Assembly (NCBI GenBank): GCA_038229475.1
Contig: JBBROK010000026.1
Span: 1,354 to 65,353 of the forward strand
Source: Bryobacterales bacterium
GTDB lineage: Bacteria; Acidobacteriota; Terriglobia; Bryobacterales; Bryobacteraceae
Length of the DNA stretch: 64,000 nt
Direction of reading: 5' to 3'
The notes below the pieces were generated by a model. The model searched no databases, was not told the origin of the DNA, and was given only the letters and a program-made list of their open reading frames with translations. Positions within the stretch are counted from its first letter, which is position 1. Each line of letters opens with the position of its first letter. Positions 1 through 9,198 of the stretch are shown one piece after another. The position numbers and the translations under genes were made by a program.

Positions 1-441
1 GCCGTGCTGCCGTTGAAGATTCAGATTGGCGCGATCTGGCAGATTCGCTCGCGGCTGCCGTTCAACGCGCTCTCCACAGTACAGGTGGATGGCGTGACGC
101 AGTATATTCCCGGCTTGAGCCGTAACCTGGGTAACCGGGATAACGACCGCGTTCTGGGCGCAGTGAATGCGTGGCGCGCCAGCCTTGCCAGTCCGCTGGC
201 CCCGTTCGGGGCAACACAGATTGACAGCAGCCGGTTCACCAGCTTTGACTTCCTTGTGTCGCGCTCTTTCTTCGTGCATGAACAGCGCCGAATCGAGTTG
301 CGCGGGCAGGTATTCAATCTGTTCGGCACCACGAATCTGACGGGCGGCGCGACGACATCGGGGGCGTCAGTAAACTTCGGCAAGATTCTGGGCGCGTCGA
401 ATTTGCAGCAGGCAGAGCTTGCGGTGCGGTTCGTATTCTGA
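1..441 (+). CDS. TonB-dependent receptor / outer-membrane beta-barrel, C-terminal fragment (5' end off-window)
   Basis: The frame is open to the window edge. The protein ends ...QQAELAVRFVF*, and a C-terminal aromatic Phe is typical of OM beta-barrels. The stop overlaps the next ATG (TGATG at 439-443). Confidence 0.55.
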   Translation, partial: AVLPLKIQIGAIWQIRSRLPFNALSTVQVDGVTQYIPGLSRNLGNRDNDRVLGAVNAWRASLASPLAPFGATQIDSSRFTSFDFLVSRSFFVHEQRRIELRGQVFNLFGTTNLTGGATTSGASVNFGKILGASNLQQAELAVRFVF

Positions 442-1583
442 TGCGCGGCGCGATTACGGCGTTACTTCTGGCGGGTGCTTGCGCTTTTGCGGCGGAGGCC
501 CCCAAAGACAACGCGGCGTTTCTGGCGTCCCTGCCCGATGTGAAATCGCTGGACTTCAGCGAGCCAATGGCGGTAGCTCTGGCGGCCATGCCGCTGGCGT
601 GTATCGACCGTCCCCAGGCGACCAGTGAGCGGACCGATTACCTGTGGCTGCCGGAAGGTAAGGCGCGCATTGCCGACAATTTCGTAAAGACACGGGCTTT
701 TTACGGATGCTATGACTGGCACTCAGCGGTGAACTCCACGTGGACGCTGGTGAATCTTTCGAAGCGGTTTCCGAAGCTGGCGGTGGGGCCGCTGATCCGC
801 GAAAAGTTGAAGGAACATTTTGCTTCGACCAACATTGAGGGCGAAGCCGCATTTTTCAAGAGTGCCCGGCAATTTGAATTGCCGTATGGGTATTCCTGGC
901 TGCTGAAGCTCTATGCGGAACTGGATTCCTGGGATGACCCGGAAGCGAAGACGTGGACCACCAATCTTTATCCGCTGGCGCAACAGTTTTCGAAGAAACT
1001 GCACGATTACTATAAAGACCTGCCGCTGCCGATACGGGGCGGGGCCCATCCCAATACCGCCTTCACCTTGTATCTGGCACTGGATTATGCCGAGCCGGAG
1101 CACGATGAAGCGCTGGCGAAGATGGTGAAAGCCACGGCCAACCGGTTCTTCGGCAGCGATCACAACTGCGGCACGGCCTATGAGCCGCAAGGTTCGGACT
1201 TTCTGTCGCCGTGCCTGGCCGAAGCCCAACTGATGAGCCGGGTGCTGGAGCCGGAAAAGTTTCTGCCATGGTTGAATGCCTTCCTGCCGCCGCTGGCTTC
1301 GGCGGAGTTCGCGCCGCTGACGAAACCGGTAGATACCAAAGGGATCACGAAGGAAGAGTTGCAGGGCGGCAAGTCGCACCTGATTGGCTTGGCGTTTTCG
1401 CGGGCGCACGCGATGCTGGAAATTGCGGCGCGGTTACCCAAAGATGATTCCCGCGTGGCGGTGTTGCGGCGTCTGGCTTCCATCAGTGCCGCAAGCGCTT
1501 ACGATGCGATGGAGGAAGCCGGGTACCTGGGCTCACACTGGATCGGGACGTACGCCGTGATGTATTTGCGCGCGCCACGCTAA
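441..1583 (+). CDS. DUF2891-family protein, secreted
   Basis: Signal peptide MRGAITALLLAGACAFA. The motif AFYGCYDWHSAVNSTW matches my recollection of the DUF2891 signature (F.GC.DWHS.V...W). Confidence 0.55.
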   Translation: MRGAITALLLAGACAFAAEAPKDNAAFLASLPDVKSLDFSEPMAVALAAMPLACIDRPQATSERTDYLWLPEGKARIADNFVKTRAFYGCYDWHSAVNSTWTLVNLSKRFPKLAVGPLIREKLKEHFASTNIEGEAAFFKSARQFELPYGYSWLLKLYAELDSWDDPEAKTWTTNLYPLAQQFSKKLHDYYKDLPLPIRGGAHPNTAFTLYLALDYAEPEHDEALAKMVKATANRFFGSDHNCGTAYEPQGSDFLSPCLAEAQLMSRVLEPEKFLPWLNAFLPPLASAEFAPLTKPVDTKGITKEELQGGKSHLIGLAFSRAHAMLEIAARLPKDDSRVAVLRRLASISAASAYDAMEEAGYLGSHWIGTYAVMYLRAPR

Positions 1584-1622
1584 ATCCGCCTCTACACTCA
1601 AAACAGGCGGCATTCGTCAAAC

Positions 1623-2984
1623 TTGACAGGTCCGGTTTACATAGCGCGGCTGGTGTTGCTCGGCTTGATCATCGCCGTGAACGCGTTTTTCGCGGCGGCG
1701 GAGACGGCGTTGCTTACGGTGCGTGACTCCCGTTTGCGCCATCTGGCGGAGGAAGGTTCGGTGGGTGCCCGCGCGGCGCTGGTGTTGCTGGAACGCCCGG
1801 AAAAACTGCTCTCCATGACGCAAATCGGCGTTACGCTTGCGAGTCTTGGGCTGGGCTGGGCGGGCGAAGATACTCTCTACCAGCTTTTCATGCGCCTGTT
1901 TCATCCGGTAATCACGCCCACCCTAGAAGCTGCATTCCGCGGAGCGGCGTTTCTGCTGGCCTTTCTGCTGATGACCTGGTGCCATGTGGTGATTGGCGAG
2001 GTGGTGCCGAAGAATCTGGCGATCGACAAAGCAGACCGGCTGGCAATTGTAGTGGCACCGGTGCTGCTGGTACTGTCGCGTATCAGTTCTGTGTTTGTGC
2101 GGGTGGTAGAGAGTTCGGCCAGCGTCATCAGCCGTGCACTGGGCGTGCGCGGCGGTCATCGCGCCGGGGGACATTCGGCGGAAGAGCTGCGCTTCGTAGT
2201 GAGTTCCAGCCGCTCGTCCGGGCACCTGCCGGAGAAGCAGGAAGACATGATCCACGGCATTCTGGATCTGGAACACCTGGCAGTGCGGGAGATTATGAGG
2301 CCGAGGCACGAGATTGTATCGGTGCCGGTTACGGCGCGGCTGGACGAAGTACTGGAAACCATGGTGCAGAGCCGCCATTCCCGGTTACCGGTTTGGAAGG
2401 ACAAGCCGGAAAACATTGTGGGAGTTCTGTTCTTCAAAGACATGCTGCGGCTTTGGCAGGAGAGGCGAGCGAACCTGCGGCGGGGAAAGCTGCGTCCACT
2501 GTTCCGCATGGAGAAAACCATGCGCAAGCCGCTGGTTGTGCCAGAGACCAAACCGCTGCCCCAAATGCTGGAGGAATTCCGCTCCGGCCATACGCACATG
2601 GCGCTGATTGTGGATGAATTCGGGACCGTAACGGGTCTGGTGACGGTGGAAGATGTACTGGAGCAGATCGTGGGTGAAATCCACGACGAGTACGACGACG
2701 AGCCACTCCCCGCGCCCCGTGCGGCGGGCGAGACGCTGGACGCGGACGGTGCGATGCCGATTCGCGATCTGGAATCGATGCACGGCATTGGTTTGCCGGC
2801 CAACGCGGGATTCGAAACAGTGGCCGGGTATCTGCTGTACCGTTTGGGACATGTGCCCGTGCCGGGTGAGACTGTAGAAGCAGACGGACGGAAGATCACG
2901 GTGACGGAGATGGAGCGCAATCGAATTTCGCGTGTGCGGATTGAAGCGATTAAGGAAGGGGGGGCAGGCAATGTTGGGCATTGA
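1623..2984 (+). CDS. Hemolysin-family / CorC-HlyC transporter (CNNM/DUF21 membrane domain + CBS pair + CorC_HlyC domain)
   Basis: TTG start. N-terminal TM region with AAETALLTV, a CBS-pair region (REIMRPRHEIVSV..., LALIVDEFGTVTGLVTVEDVLEQIVGEI) and a C-terminal transporter-associated domain. The length of 453 aa is typical. Confidence 0.85.
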   Translation: MTGPVYIARLVLLGLIIAVNAFFAAAETALLTVRDSRLRHLAEEGSVGARAALVLLERPEKLLSMTQIGVTLASLGLGWAGEDTLYQLFMRLFHPVITPTLEAAFRGAAFLLAFLLMTWCHVVIGEVVPKNLAIDKADRLAIVVAPVLLVLSRISSVFVRVVESSASVISRALGVRGGHRAGGHSAEELRFVVSSSRSSGHLPEKQEDMIHGILDLEHLAVREIMRPRHEIVSVPVTARLDEVLETMVQSRHSRLPVWKDKPENIVGVLFFKDMLRLWQERRANLRRGKLRPLFRMEKTMRKPLVVPETKPLPQMLEEFRSGHTHMALIVDEFGTVTGLVTVEDVLEQIVGEIHDEYDDEPLPAPRAAGETLDADGAMPIRDLESMHGIGLPANAGFETVAGYLLYRLGHVPVPGETVEADGRKITVTEMERNRISRVRIEAIKEGGAGNVGH

Positions 2985-3990
2985 TGCAAAGGCCGCGCGG
3001 GCCGCATGGACGGTGGCACTGGTGCTGATCGTACTGTATGCGGTTTACCTGATCCGCAGTACGCTGGTGGTCTTTACGATTGCTCTGCTGTTTGCTTACC
3101 TGTTGTATCCGCTGGTGGATTTCATCAGCCGGCGATTTCCGGCGCGTTCACGAACCCCGGCGCTGGCCATCGCGTATGCGGGAGTGATCGGGTTGATTTT
3201 GCTGCTGACGGGGGGAGTGGGAAACCGGGTGGCGGCGGAGGCGCGGAGCCTGCGGGCCAGTCCGCCTGATGCCCACGCGTTTCTGGCTGGATTTCGCCTG
3301 CAGCACCCCGCGCTGGCACCGATGGTGGAAGTGACCGAAGGCCTGGTGCGCGCCAATATCAACACTGTTCTGGCAGAAGCGCCGCAGTTGGCGGTGCGTG
3401 TACTTTCGGCGTCGGGCAGCGTCATCTATGTGGTGCTGATTCCGATTCTGAGTTTTTTTCTGCTGCGCGATGGACGACGGATACGGAACACTCTGTTGGA
3501 GATGCTGCCCCTGAGCCGGGAGGCGGGCGAGGGACTTCTTAAAGATATCCACGTCCTGTTGCTGCAGTACATGCGTGCCCTGCTATACCTGTGCGGCACA
3601 ACGCTGGTGGTGTTCAGCGTTGTGCTTTCGGCGATGGGCGTGCCCTACGGATTGCTGCTGGCGGTGATTGCGTTTCCCCTGGAATTCGTTCCGATGGTAG
3701 GCCCGGTGGCAGCGGCGGTAATGATTATCGCGGTGAGCGCTCTTTCCGGCTATGCGCACGTGTGGTGGGTGATCGTTTTTCTGGGACTGTTCCGCCTCTT
3801 GCAGGATTACGTTCTTTCGCCGCACTTGATGAGCGAAGGCGTGGAATTGCATCCGCTGCTGGTGATTTTTGGGATACTGGCGGGTGGTGAGATTGGCGGG
3901 GTCACCGGCATCTTTCTGAGTATTCCGGTACTCGCATTGGCGCGGCTGGGATACCACCGGTTCAGCGTCAGTCGGTTAGTTGCGAACTAA
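2971..3990 (+). CDS. AI-2E family transporter (PerM/UPF0118)
   Basis: Polytopic membrane protein. I prefer ATG 2971 (MLGIDAK...) over GTG 2932 because it minimises overlap with the previous gene. The family-typical C-terminal GGEIGGVTGIFLSIPVLA is present. Confidence 0.8.
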   Translation: MLGIDAKAARAAWTVALVLIVLYAVYLIRSTLVVFTIALLFAYLLYPLVDFISRRFPARSRTPALAIAYAGVIGLILLLTGGVGNRVAAEARSLRASPPDAHAFLAGFRLQHPALAPMVEVTEGLVRANINTVLAEAPQLAVRVLSASGSVIYVVLIPILSFFLLRDGRRIRNTLLEMLPLSREAGEGLLKDIHVLLLQYMRALLYLCGTTLVVFSVVLSAMGVPYGLLLAVIAFPLEFVPMVGPVAAAVMIIAVSALSGYAHVWWVIVFLGLFRLLQDYVLSPHLMSEGVELHPLLVIFGILAGGEIGGVTGIFLSIPVLALARLGYHRFSVSRLVAN

Positions 3991-3991
3991 A

Positions 3992-4924
3992 CTACGGCCG
4001 CGTCGCCCCGGCAGAGAGCTTGCGGCGGCGCAGGAACGCGGCGATGGTTCCCGCACTGCCAAACAACAGCAGGGTGGAAGGTTCCGGGGCAGCCAGGTCA
4101 TAGCCGATCACATCCAGCGAGACCCAGTCTTCGGCGGAGATCTGATGAGCCTGGTTTGTACCCGTGAATGCATTGAACGAGTCCGTTGCGATGGAAGCAT
4201 TCCAGTCCTGCAGGTCGCCCCCGCCGGGAGCGTTGAAGCCATGCAAATTGGTTGTGCCGCTATTGATGGAAAAGTAAACGCCGGTGTCGGTCTGGATCAG
4301 GCTGCGGCTGCCGGCGGCGGTGTAGCGGAAAAGATCGAACGGAATGTAGAGTGGTCCGTGGCCGGCGTTGAGGGTATTGCCGAGCAGGGAAATACGGCCC
4401 ATAATCTCGGAGATCTCATGTTCGGCAACGCCGATGAAATCGTAGTCGCCCGCGATGGCGCGATTGGCGGGGTCGAAAGTATACGCAAGAGTGCGATTAA
4501 ACGTGAACGTACCGTCGCTGGCCGTCGCGTTATCCGCTATGAGGCTGAGAGCTTTTGCCTGAGCCTGTGTGTAAACGAAACCAGCTCCGCCGGTAGGGTC
4601 GGCACCAAGGCTCGCGTTGGCAGTGAGGTCGTTGGCGCTGGTCTGGTCGGCGATGAGAGCGGCTTTGACTCCCGCGTAAGTGTCGAAACCGACCAGGTTG
4701 GTTGAACTGCCACCCAAACCGGTTGTTCCGGTGGTCACCGTGATGTTGACGTGGATGTTATCGCTGAACTCGTTCTGGAATTCCTGCACCGCATATTGGA
4801 ACGCGGTTTGCGCGGCGGCCGACACGCTGGCGTCGTATGTGGGAGTGATAATCAGACCTGCGTTGGCGGTGCTGAGGGCAGAAAATGCAAAAATTGCGGC
4901 AGTTGAGAGGGTCTTACAGGACAT
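3992..4924 (-). CDS. PEP-CTERM sorting-domain secreted protein
   Basis: ATG at 4924 is preceded by GGAGGA. Signal peptide MSCKTLSTAAIFAFSALSTANA. The C-terminus PEPSTLLLFGSAGTIAAFLRRRK gives a PEP motif, a TM helix and a basic tail. An internal AEHEISEIMG (HExxE) resembles a degenerate zincin motif. Confidence 0.8.
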   Translation of the reverse strand: MSCKTLSTAAIFAFSALSTANAGLIITPTYDASVSAAAQTAFQYAVQEFQNEFSDNIHVNITVTTGTTGLGGSSTNLVGFDTYAGVKAALIADQTSANDLTANASLGADPTGGAGFVYTQAQAKALSLIADNATASDGTFTFNRTLAYTFDPANRAIAGDYDFIGVAEHEISEIMGRISLLGNTLNAGHGPLYIPFDLFRYTAAGSRSLIQTDTGVYFSINSGTTNLHGFNAPGGGDLQDWNASIATDSFNAFTGTNQAHQISAEDWVSLDVIGYDLAAPEPSTLLLFGSAGTIAAFLRRRKLSAGATRP

Positions 4925-5033
4925 TCTTCCTCCAGAGCTTTTTGTACTGCTAACTGAGTCTACCAGACGGAGAGAAAGGTGCCCAATCGGTCGCGCGCTG
5001 CGCAAATGGTGGGCGCAATCGCTGAGATGCCGC

Positions 5034-6833
5034 TCACCAGATGTACTCCTTCGCCAACTCCCGCTTGTCATGTCCATCCAGCACATGAACAACCCGCAAC
5101 TTCTTGAGAGTCACCGGCGAAAGCTGGCCTATCGGAATATAGACAATCGTCCGGGCAAAGCGCGCGGCGATGGTGCGGAAGGCGCTGCGGGGGGCCTTGG
5201 CTGCCACGTACACGACATAGCGGTGGATGGAGTAGTCGAGGCCAGCCAGTAACAAGCGCTCGGCCTTCGTCTCGGCATGGTCGTAGTCGGGGTCGGCCCA
5301 GACGTCGTACATTCTTCGCGCGGGCAGGCTCATCAGGAAGCCGCCATACTCGCCGCGGCCGATGCCGGGGCCCACCATATGCTCGAAGGGCTGCGTGGCA
5401 TAGTAGGCCATGTCAGATTCATTCTGATGCTCACCCAGCCAGGTGGTGGTGTAGTCGTAGCGGTTGTCGCGATCCTCATCGAAGATCACTACAACGCTGC
5501 CCACCTCGCCGTGAATCTTGCGGGAGTTGCGGACATAGATTTTCTTTTCGTACCAGTTGCGGATGGTTTCGCGGAGATCGATGCCGTCGAGCAGAGATGA
5601 GGTGAAGGGCTCTACCGTGGAGCGCTCTTCGGAGAGCACCGACTTCCCCTTCTTCTTGAGAAAACGACCGAAGCCTTCGATGACCAGATCTTCCGGCGGG
5701 TAAGAACAAATGCTGGAACCATCCAGCTGGCTGGCCCATTCGCCAGGCTTCTTTTCCTTCTTGCGGGGTTTGAGGCCCAGGCGGCCCATGCGGCGTTTGG
5801 TGGAAGGCAGACGGCGGCGGAGGTGGATGCGTTTGGTATCGAGCCAGACCTGTTCGCCGGAGATGTTGACGGTTTCGATGCCGGTGGTTTCGGTCTGCTG
5901 CGGGCCGTAGCGGGTGGCGGTTTCCCAAACGTCCCAGGCGAAATTTTCGTCGACGATGGAACGGGCGGCGATGACGAGGTCGAACAAGGGCGCGGTGAGG
6001 TCGCGGTGGGTCATGGCGAGGTTGCGGCTATAACGCGCGAGCAGGCGGCGTTGCCAGGCGTGGAGCGTTTCGCCGGTATTGAGTTCCCAGGAGACACCGG
6101 CTTCGCGGAACATGTCGAACTGGATGCGACGGCGGTCGACGAAAGCGCGCTGGTTTTCGTAACGCTCGCCAAGGTACGGGTATTCGGCCATGATTTCGCC
6201 GAGGCAGTCGGGGTGCGGGTTGAGCAGGCGAATCTGTTCGCGGCGTCGGTGCGCGGGTTCCTCCTGGGGGATTTCCATGGCGTCGAGTACGGCGTCCAAC
6301 AGATTGAGGCCGATGACGGCGATGGTGTCCGCGAAGGGGTCTGAACCCTGGAGTTTCCAGGCGATGCCGGCGGCGTAGGCGACGGCCTCGGGCGAGGGCC
6401 GCACGGCAAGACGCCAGGCTTCGACGTACTGTTCGAGTGAGATGGTGGAAAGGGAGTAAGAATCGGGAAACGCGTCGGGAAGGTGGGGACGGTCGCGGGT
6501 GTCGGGGTCGGCAAAGATCACCTCGGCACCGATTTCGAGCGCGGTGCGGATGGCTTCGACGAAGGGGTCGGCGGGTTCTACGGGAAGGTAGATTGTGGCG
6601 TCGCCATCCTCATAGAAGATGACGGAAATTTCGGGCAGGCGCGCGATGGCTTTGCGGTAGACGGATTCGAGCGTGGCGGGGAGCTCAACGGCGACCACTT
6701 TGGGGCGTGCGGCGAGGATGCGGCGACGGACTTCGGCGGCAAATTCGAGGCGACCCGGGACTACAGGCAGCCAGGTGATGTGGCCGCGGCGGAGAGTTCC
6801 GGAGTTAAGCGATGGGCCGGACGCGGCGGGCAT
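5034..6833 (-). CDS. Conserved hypothetical protein (~600 aa), downstream partner of the AAA+ ATPase
   Basis: Long ORF with balanced composition. The likely start is ATG 6833 (MPAASGPS...), which overlaps the ATPase stop by 29 nt. I saw no Walker motifs and no DxSxS MIDAS motif by eye. Confidence 0.6.
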   Translation of the reverse strand: MPAASGPSLNSGTLRRGHITWLPVVPGRLEFAAEVRRRILAARPKVVAVELPATLESVYRKAIARLPEISVIFYEDGDATIYLPVEPADPFVEAIRTALEIGAEVIFADPDTRDRPHLPDAFPDSYSLSTISLEQYVEAWRLAVRPSPEAVAYAAGIAWKLQGSDPFADTIAVIGLNLLDAVLDAMEIPQEEPAHRRREQIRLLNPHPDCLGEIMAEYPYLGERYENQRAFVDRRRIQFDMFREAGVSWELNTGETLHAWQRRLLARYSRNLAMTHRDLTAPLFDLVIAARSIVDENFAWDVWETATRYGPQQTETTGIETVNISGEQVWLDTKRIHLRRRLPSTKRRMGRLGLKPRKKEKKPGEWASQLDGSSICSYPPEDLVIEGFGRFLKKKGKSVLSEERSTVEPFTSSLLDGIDLRETIRNWYEKKIYVRNSRKIHGEVGSVVVIFDEDRDNRYDYTTTWLGEHQNESDMAYYATQPFEHMVGPGIGRGEYGGFLMSLPARRMYDVWADPDYDHAETKAERLLLAGLDYSIHRYVVYVAAKAPRSAFRTIAARFARTIVYIPIGQLSPVTLKKLRVVHVLDGHDKRELAKEYIW

Positions 6834-7659
6834 ACGGCAGGGCCTCCTCACCCAGGATTTCGCGTAACGAGGTTTCCAGCGCCTTGCTCTCATGCTCGCG
6901 GCCGGTGGCGAGGCTGCGGAGTTTGATGGCGTAGCGGGCGATGTTGATGCCGTCGCGAACGGAGTAGCGCTCGTCGGCGGCATGTGCAAGCTGGAGGAAG
7001 TCGGCGACGTATTCCAGAATGCGGTCTTCGGCGAAGGGGAGGTTCTCTTTCAGGATGAGAAGCTCTTCGTCTTTTTCGGGGAAGTCGATGAGGATTTGGG
7101 GCTGCAGGCGGGAGTGGATGTACTCGGGCAGCTCGAAGGTAGAGGCGTCGTCATTCATGGTGGTGACGATGCGGAAATTTGGATGGGCCTTAATCTTGAT
7201 ACCGGCAACGATGCTTTCGACGTAGCGGCGGTTATCCAGCAGGGGAGCGAGCGAGGCCCAGCTTTTTTCGCTCATGCGATTACCTTCGTCGAGAATGGCA
7301 ACGCCGCCGCGGATCATGGCAGTGGCCAGCGCGGAAGCCACGTAGCGCAAGCGGCCTTCGCCTTCGATGACGGGAGTGATGATGAGATCTTCGGGGCGGG
7401 TATCAAGCGTGGCCTGCATGATGTAGACGTCGCGGCCCATACGGCGGGCGGCGGCGCAGGCGAGCGTGGTTTTGCCGACGCCGGGTTTGCCGATGAGGCG
7501 CGGGCTCATGGGAATATCGGCTTCGTTGACGACCAGCCAGGCAGCGAGGAGCTGGCGCATGGTCTCTTCCTGGCCGACCCAGCGGACCGGGAGGTCGTCG
7601 GGATGGGCAAGGTGCAGGGTTACGCCTTCGATCAGCGTCGTTGAGGACTCGGAGGTCAT
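6805..7659 (-). CDS. AAA+ ATPase, AAA_5 / MoxR-CbbQ-NorQ-like
   Basis: Walker A GKPGVGKT and Walker B GVAILDEGNRM. It is a single AAA module of 284 aa. Confidence 0.8.
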   Translation of the reverse strand: MTSESSTTLIEGVTLHLAHPDDLPVRWVGQEETMRQLLAAWLVVNEADIPMSPRLIGKPGVGKTTLACAAARRMGRDVYIMQATLDTRPEDLIITPVIEGEGRLRYVASALATAMIRGGVAILDEGNRMSEKSWASLAPLLDNRRYVESIVAGIKIKAHPNFRIVTTMNDDASTFELPEYIHSRLQPQILIDFPEKDEELLILKENLPFAEDRILEYVADFLQLAHAADERYSVRDGINIARYAIKLRSLATGREHESKALETSLREILGEEALPYARRVRPIA

Positions 7660-7690
7660 AAGTGATTTGATTTTAGCGGTCGGGGGAGAA

Positions 7691-8833
7691 TCAGGGGCGT
7701 AGTTTCATCAACGGGTCACCGATCACCACGTTCATCCAGCTAAGCGCGGGGATACCGATGTAGACACTTTCGGCGAGATTGCGGCCGCCCAGATAGGCCG
7801 GGAAAACGTAGTCGGGGCGGGGGTTGAGGTGGAGATAAGGCTCATCGACGTGGCCGGTAGCGGCGCTGGCGCCTTCGTGCAACTGGTCAGAAGTGAGACT
7901 CTGCGGAGATCCGGCGAAGAAGGTTTTGGGATCGTTCCAGTTGCCTAGTTGCCACTTGTCAGGAGGGCGATTAAAAGTGCGGGCATCGGTGGAGACGTAT
8001 TCCAGCGCAAGACCGCCGGCCAGCCACTGGAAACCGGTGAAGCGCTGGTGACGATCGCGGTCATTGGAACCCCAGGAGGCGTAACCGATCACGTTTTTGA
8101 CGCCGGTGAGAATCTTTCCGGTTTCCTCCATGATGGAGCGGTCTTTGGGGAGGAGAAGTGCGGTGGTGCGCAGCCATTCATTGCCGTCAGTGGCGTTATC
8201 GGCGCGAAGGTCGAGGACGACTTTGCCGGTATTGCGGGCGATGAGCGATTTATCCACCAGACCTTTCATTTCGGCGAGGTCCCAGGCAGCGAGGCGCGTG
8301 ACCAGATATACGGGGAACTGGGGGTGACGGAAGGGTGTGTCGCGCTGGCGGTACAGGGGATTGGGCACGGGACCGGCCAGAGAGTATTGAGCGCCGTGCA
8401 GGCGGGCGTAGAGAAGAGTGAGTTCGCTATCCACAGAGGCGCCGGTATTCTGCAGGCCACTGGTGCCTTCGATCTGCAGTGGGACGCCAGCGGTGGTGAC
8501 GATGTAGAGGATTGTTTCGGTGAGGCGGCGGGAGCGCAGGAATTTGCTGAGGGGCACTTCGATGTCGCGGTCGTAAACCTGGCGGGTTATTTTGTCGTCG
8601 GGTGGCGTATCGATGGCGACGAGGTTGACGAGCGGCACGTTGCGCTTCGCCATGTAGTATTCACCGATTTGCCGTGAGACGGGGGACTTGCGGTTGACGA
8701 CGACGAGAACCTGTTCTGGCGTCTGAGCGCAGAGCGCAGCGACGGATAGCAAGCCAAGCGTAAGGATGGAACGGCCGGGCAAGGGGTTAGGGTGCGAAGG
8801 TCTTGAGGAAGGCGACAACCGCCTCCGCGTCAT
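7691..8833 (-). CDS. Secreted hypothetical protein (possibly TIGR03790 family)
   Basis: ATG 8833 gives MTRRRLSPSS...LGLLSVAALCAQ, a signal-like N-terminus. The segment QVLVVVNRKSPVSRQIGEYYMAKRNVP...ILYIVTTAGVPLQI resembles what I recall of TIGR03790. The start is uncertain and overlaps the upstream gene by 47 nt. Confidence 0.45.
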   Translation of the reverse strand: MTRRRLSPSSRPSHPNPLPGRSILTLGLLSVAALCAQTPEQVLVVVNRKSPVSRQIGEYYMAKRNVPLVNLVAIDTPPDDKITRQVYDRDIEVPLSKFLRSRRLTETILYIVTTAGVPLQIEGTSGLQNTGASVDSELTLLYARLHGAQYSLAGPVPNPLYRQRDTPFRHPQFPVYLVTRLAAWDLAEMKGLVDKSLIARNTGKVVLDLRADNATDGNEWLRTTALLLPKDRSIMEETGKILTGVKNVIGYASWGSNDRDRHQRFTGFQWLAGGLALEYVSTDARTFNRPPDKWQLGNWNDPKTFFAGSPQSLTSDQLHEGASAATGHVDEPYLHLNPRPDYVFPAYLGGRNLAESVYIGIPALSWMNVVIGDPLMKLRP

Positions 8834-9194
8834 CGGGTCGGAGCGCGTAGGCGGGCATGGGAGCTTCGGCCTTGTTGCCGCGCGGGCCTTTACCGGTTTG
8901 GAGAAATTTGGAGAGGCCTTCCTCGCCCCACCGCTTCCAGAGTGCACCCTGCGGGGTGATGTCGGGAGTCTTGGCGCGCCAGGCGGATGCGGGAATGACG
9001 GGAGCGAAGGCGAGGGTGGTACCGCGGAAGGCGGCCGATTTCATGAAAGTGCCGTCCTGGAGTCTGGGAGTGTGGCAGTCCTGGCATCTGGCAACCTCTT
9101 CAACCAGGTACTTACCGCGGGTAACTTTATCGTCTTGCGCGAGGGCAAGAGTGGCCAGCGCTGTGTAAAGAAGTAAGAATCGCACTGCCGACAT
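8787..9194 (-). CDS. Monoheme c-type cytochrome
   Basis: ATG at 9194. Signal peptide MSAVRFLLLYTALATLALA and a single CQDCH heme-binding motif. The longer ORF (to 9497) would run antisense through parB. Confidence 0.75.
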   Translation of the reverse strand: MSAVRFLLLYTALATLALAQDDKVTRGKYLVEEVARCQDCHTPRLQDGTFMKSAAFRGTTLAFAPVIPASAWRAKTPDITPQGALWKRWGEEGLSKFLQTGKGPRGNKAEAPMPAYALRPDDAEAVVAFLKTFAP

Positions 9195-9198
9195 CGTA

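Noticed and set aside
723-1409. Long antisense and off-frame ORFs throughout the window, for example 723-1409(-), 2156-3019(-), 9271-10212(+), 22008-23066(+), 26367-27188(-) and 48967-49839(+)
   Set aside because: They lie opposite or overlap genes with clear family motifs. Their translations are Arg/Ala/Gly/Pro-rich with no recognisable motifs. Such shadow ORFs are the expected artefact of high G+C.
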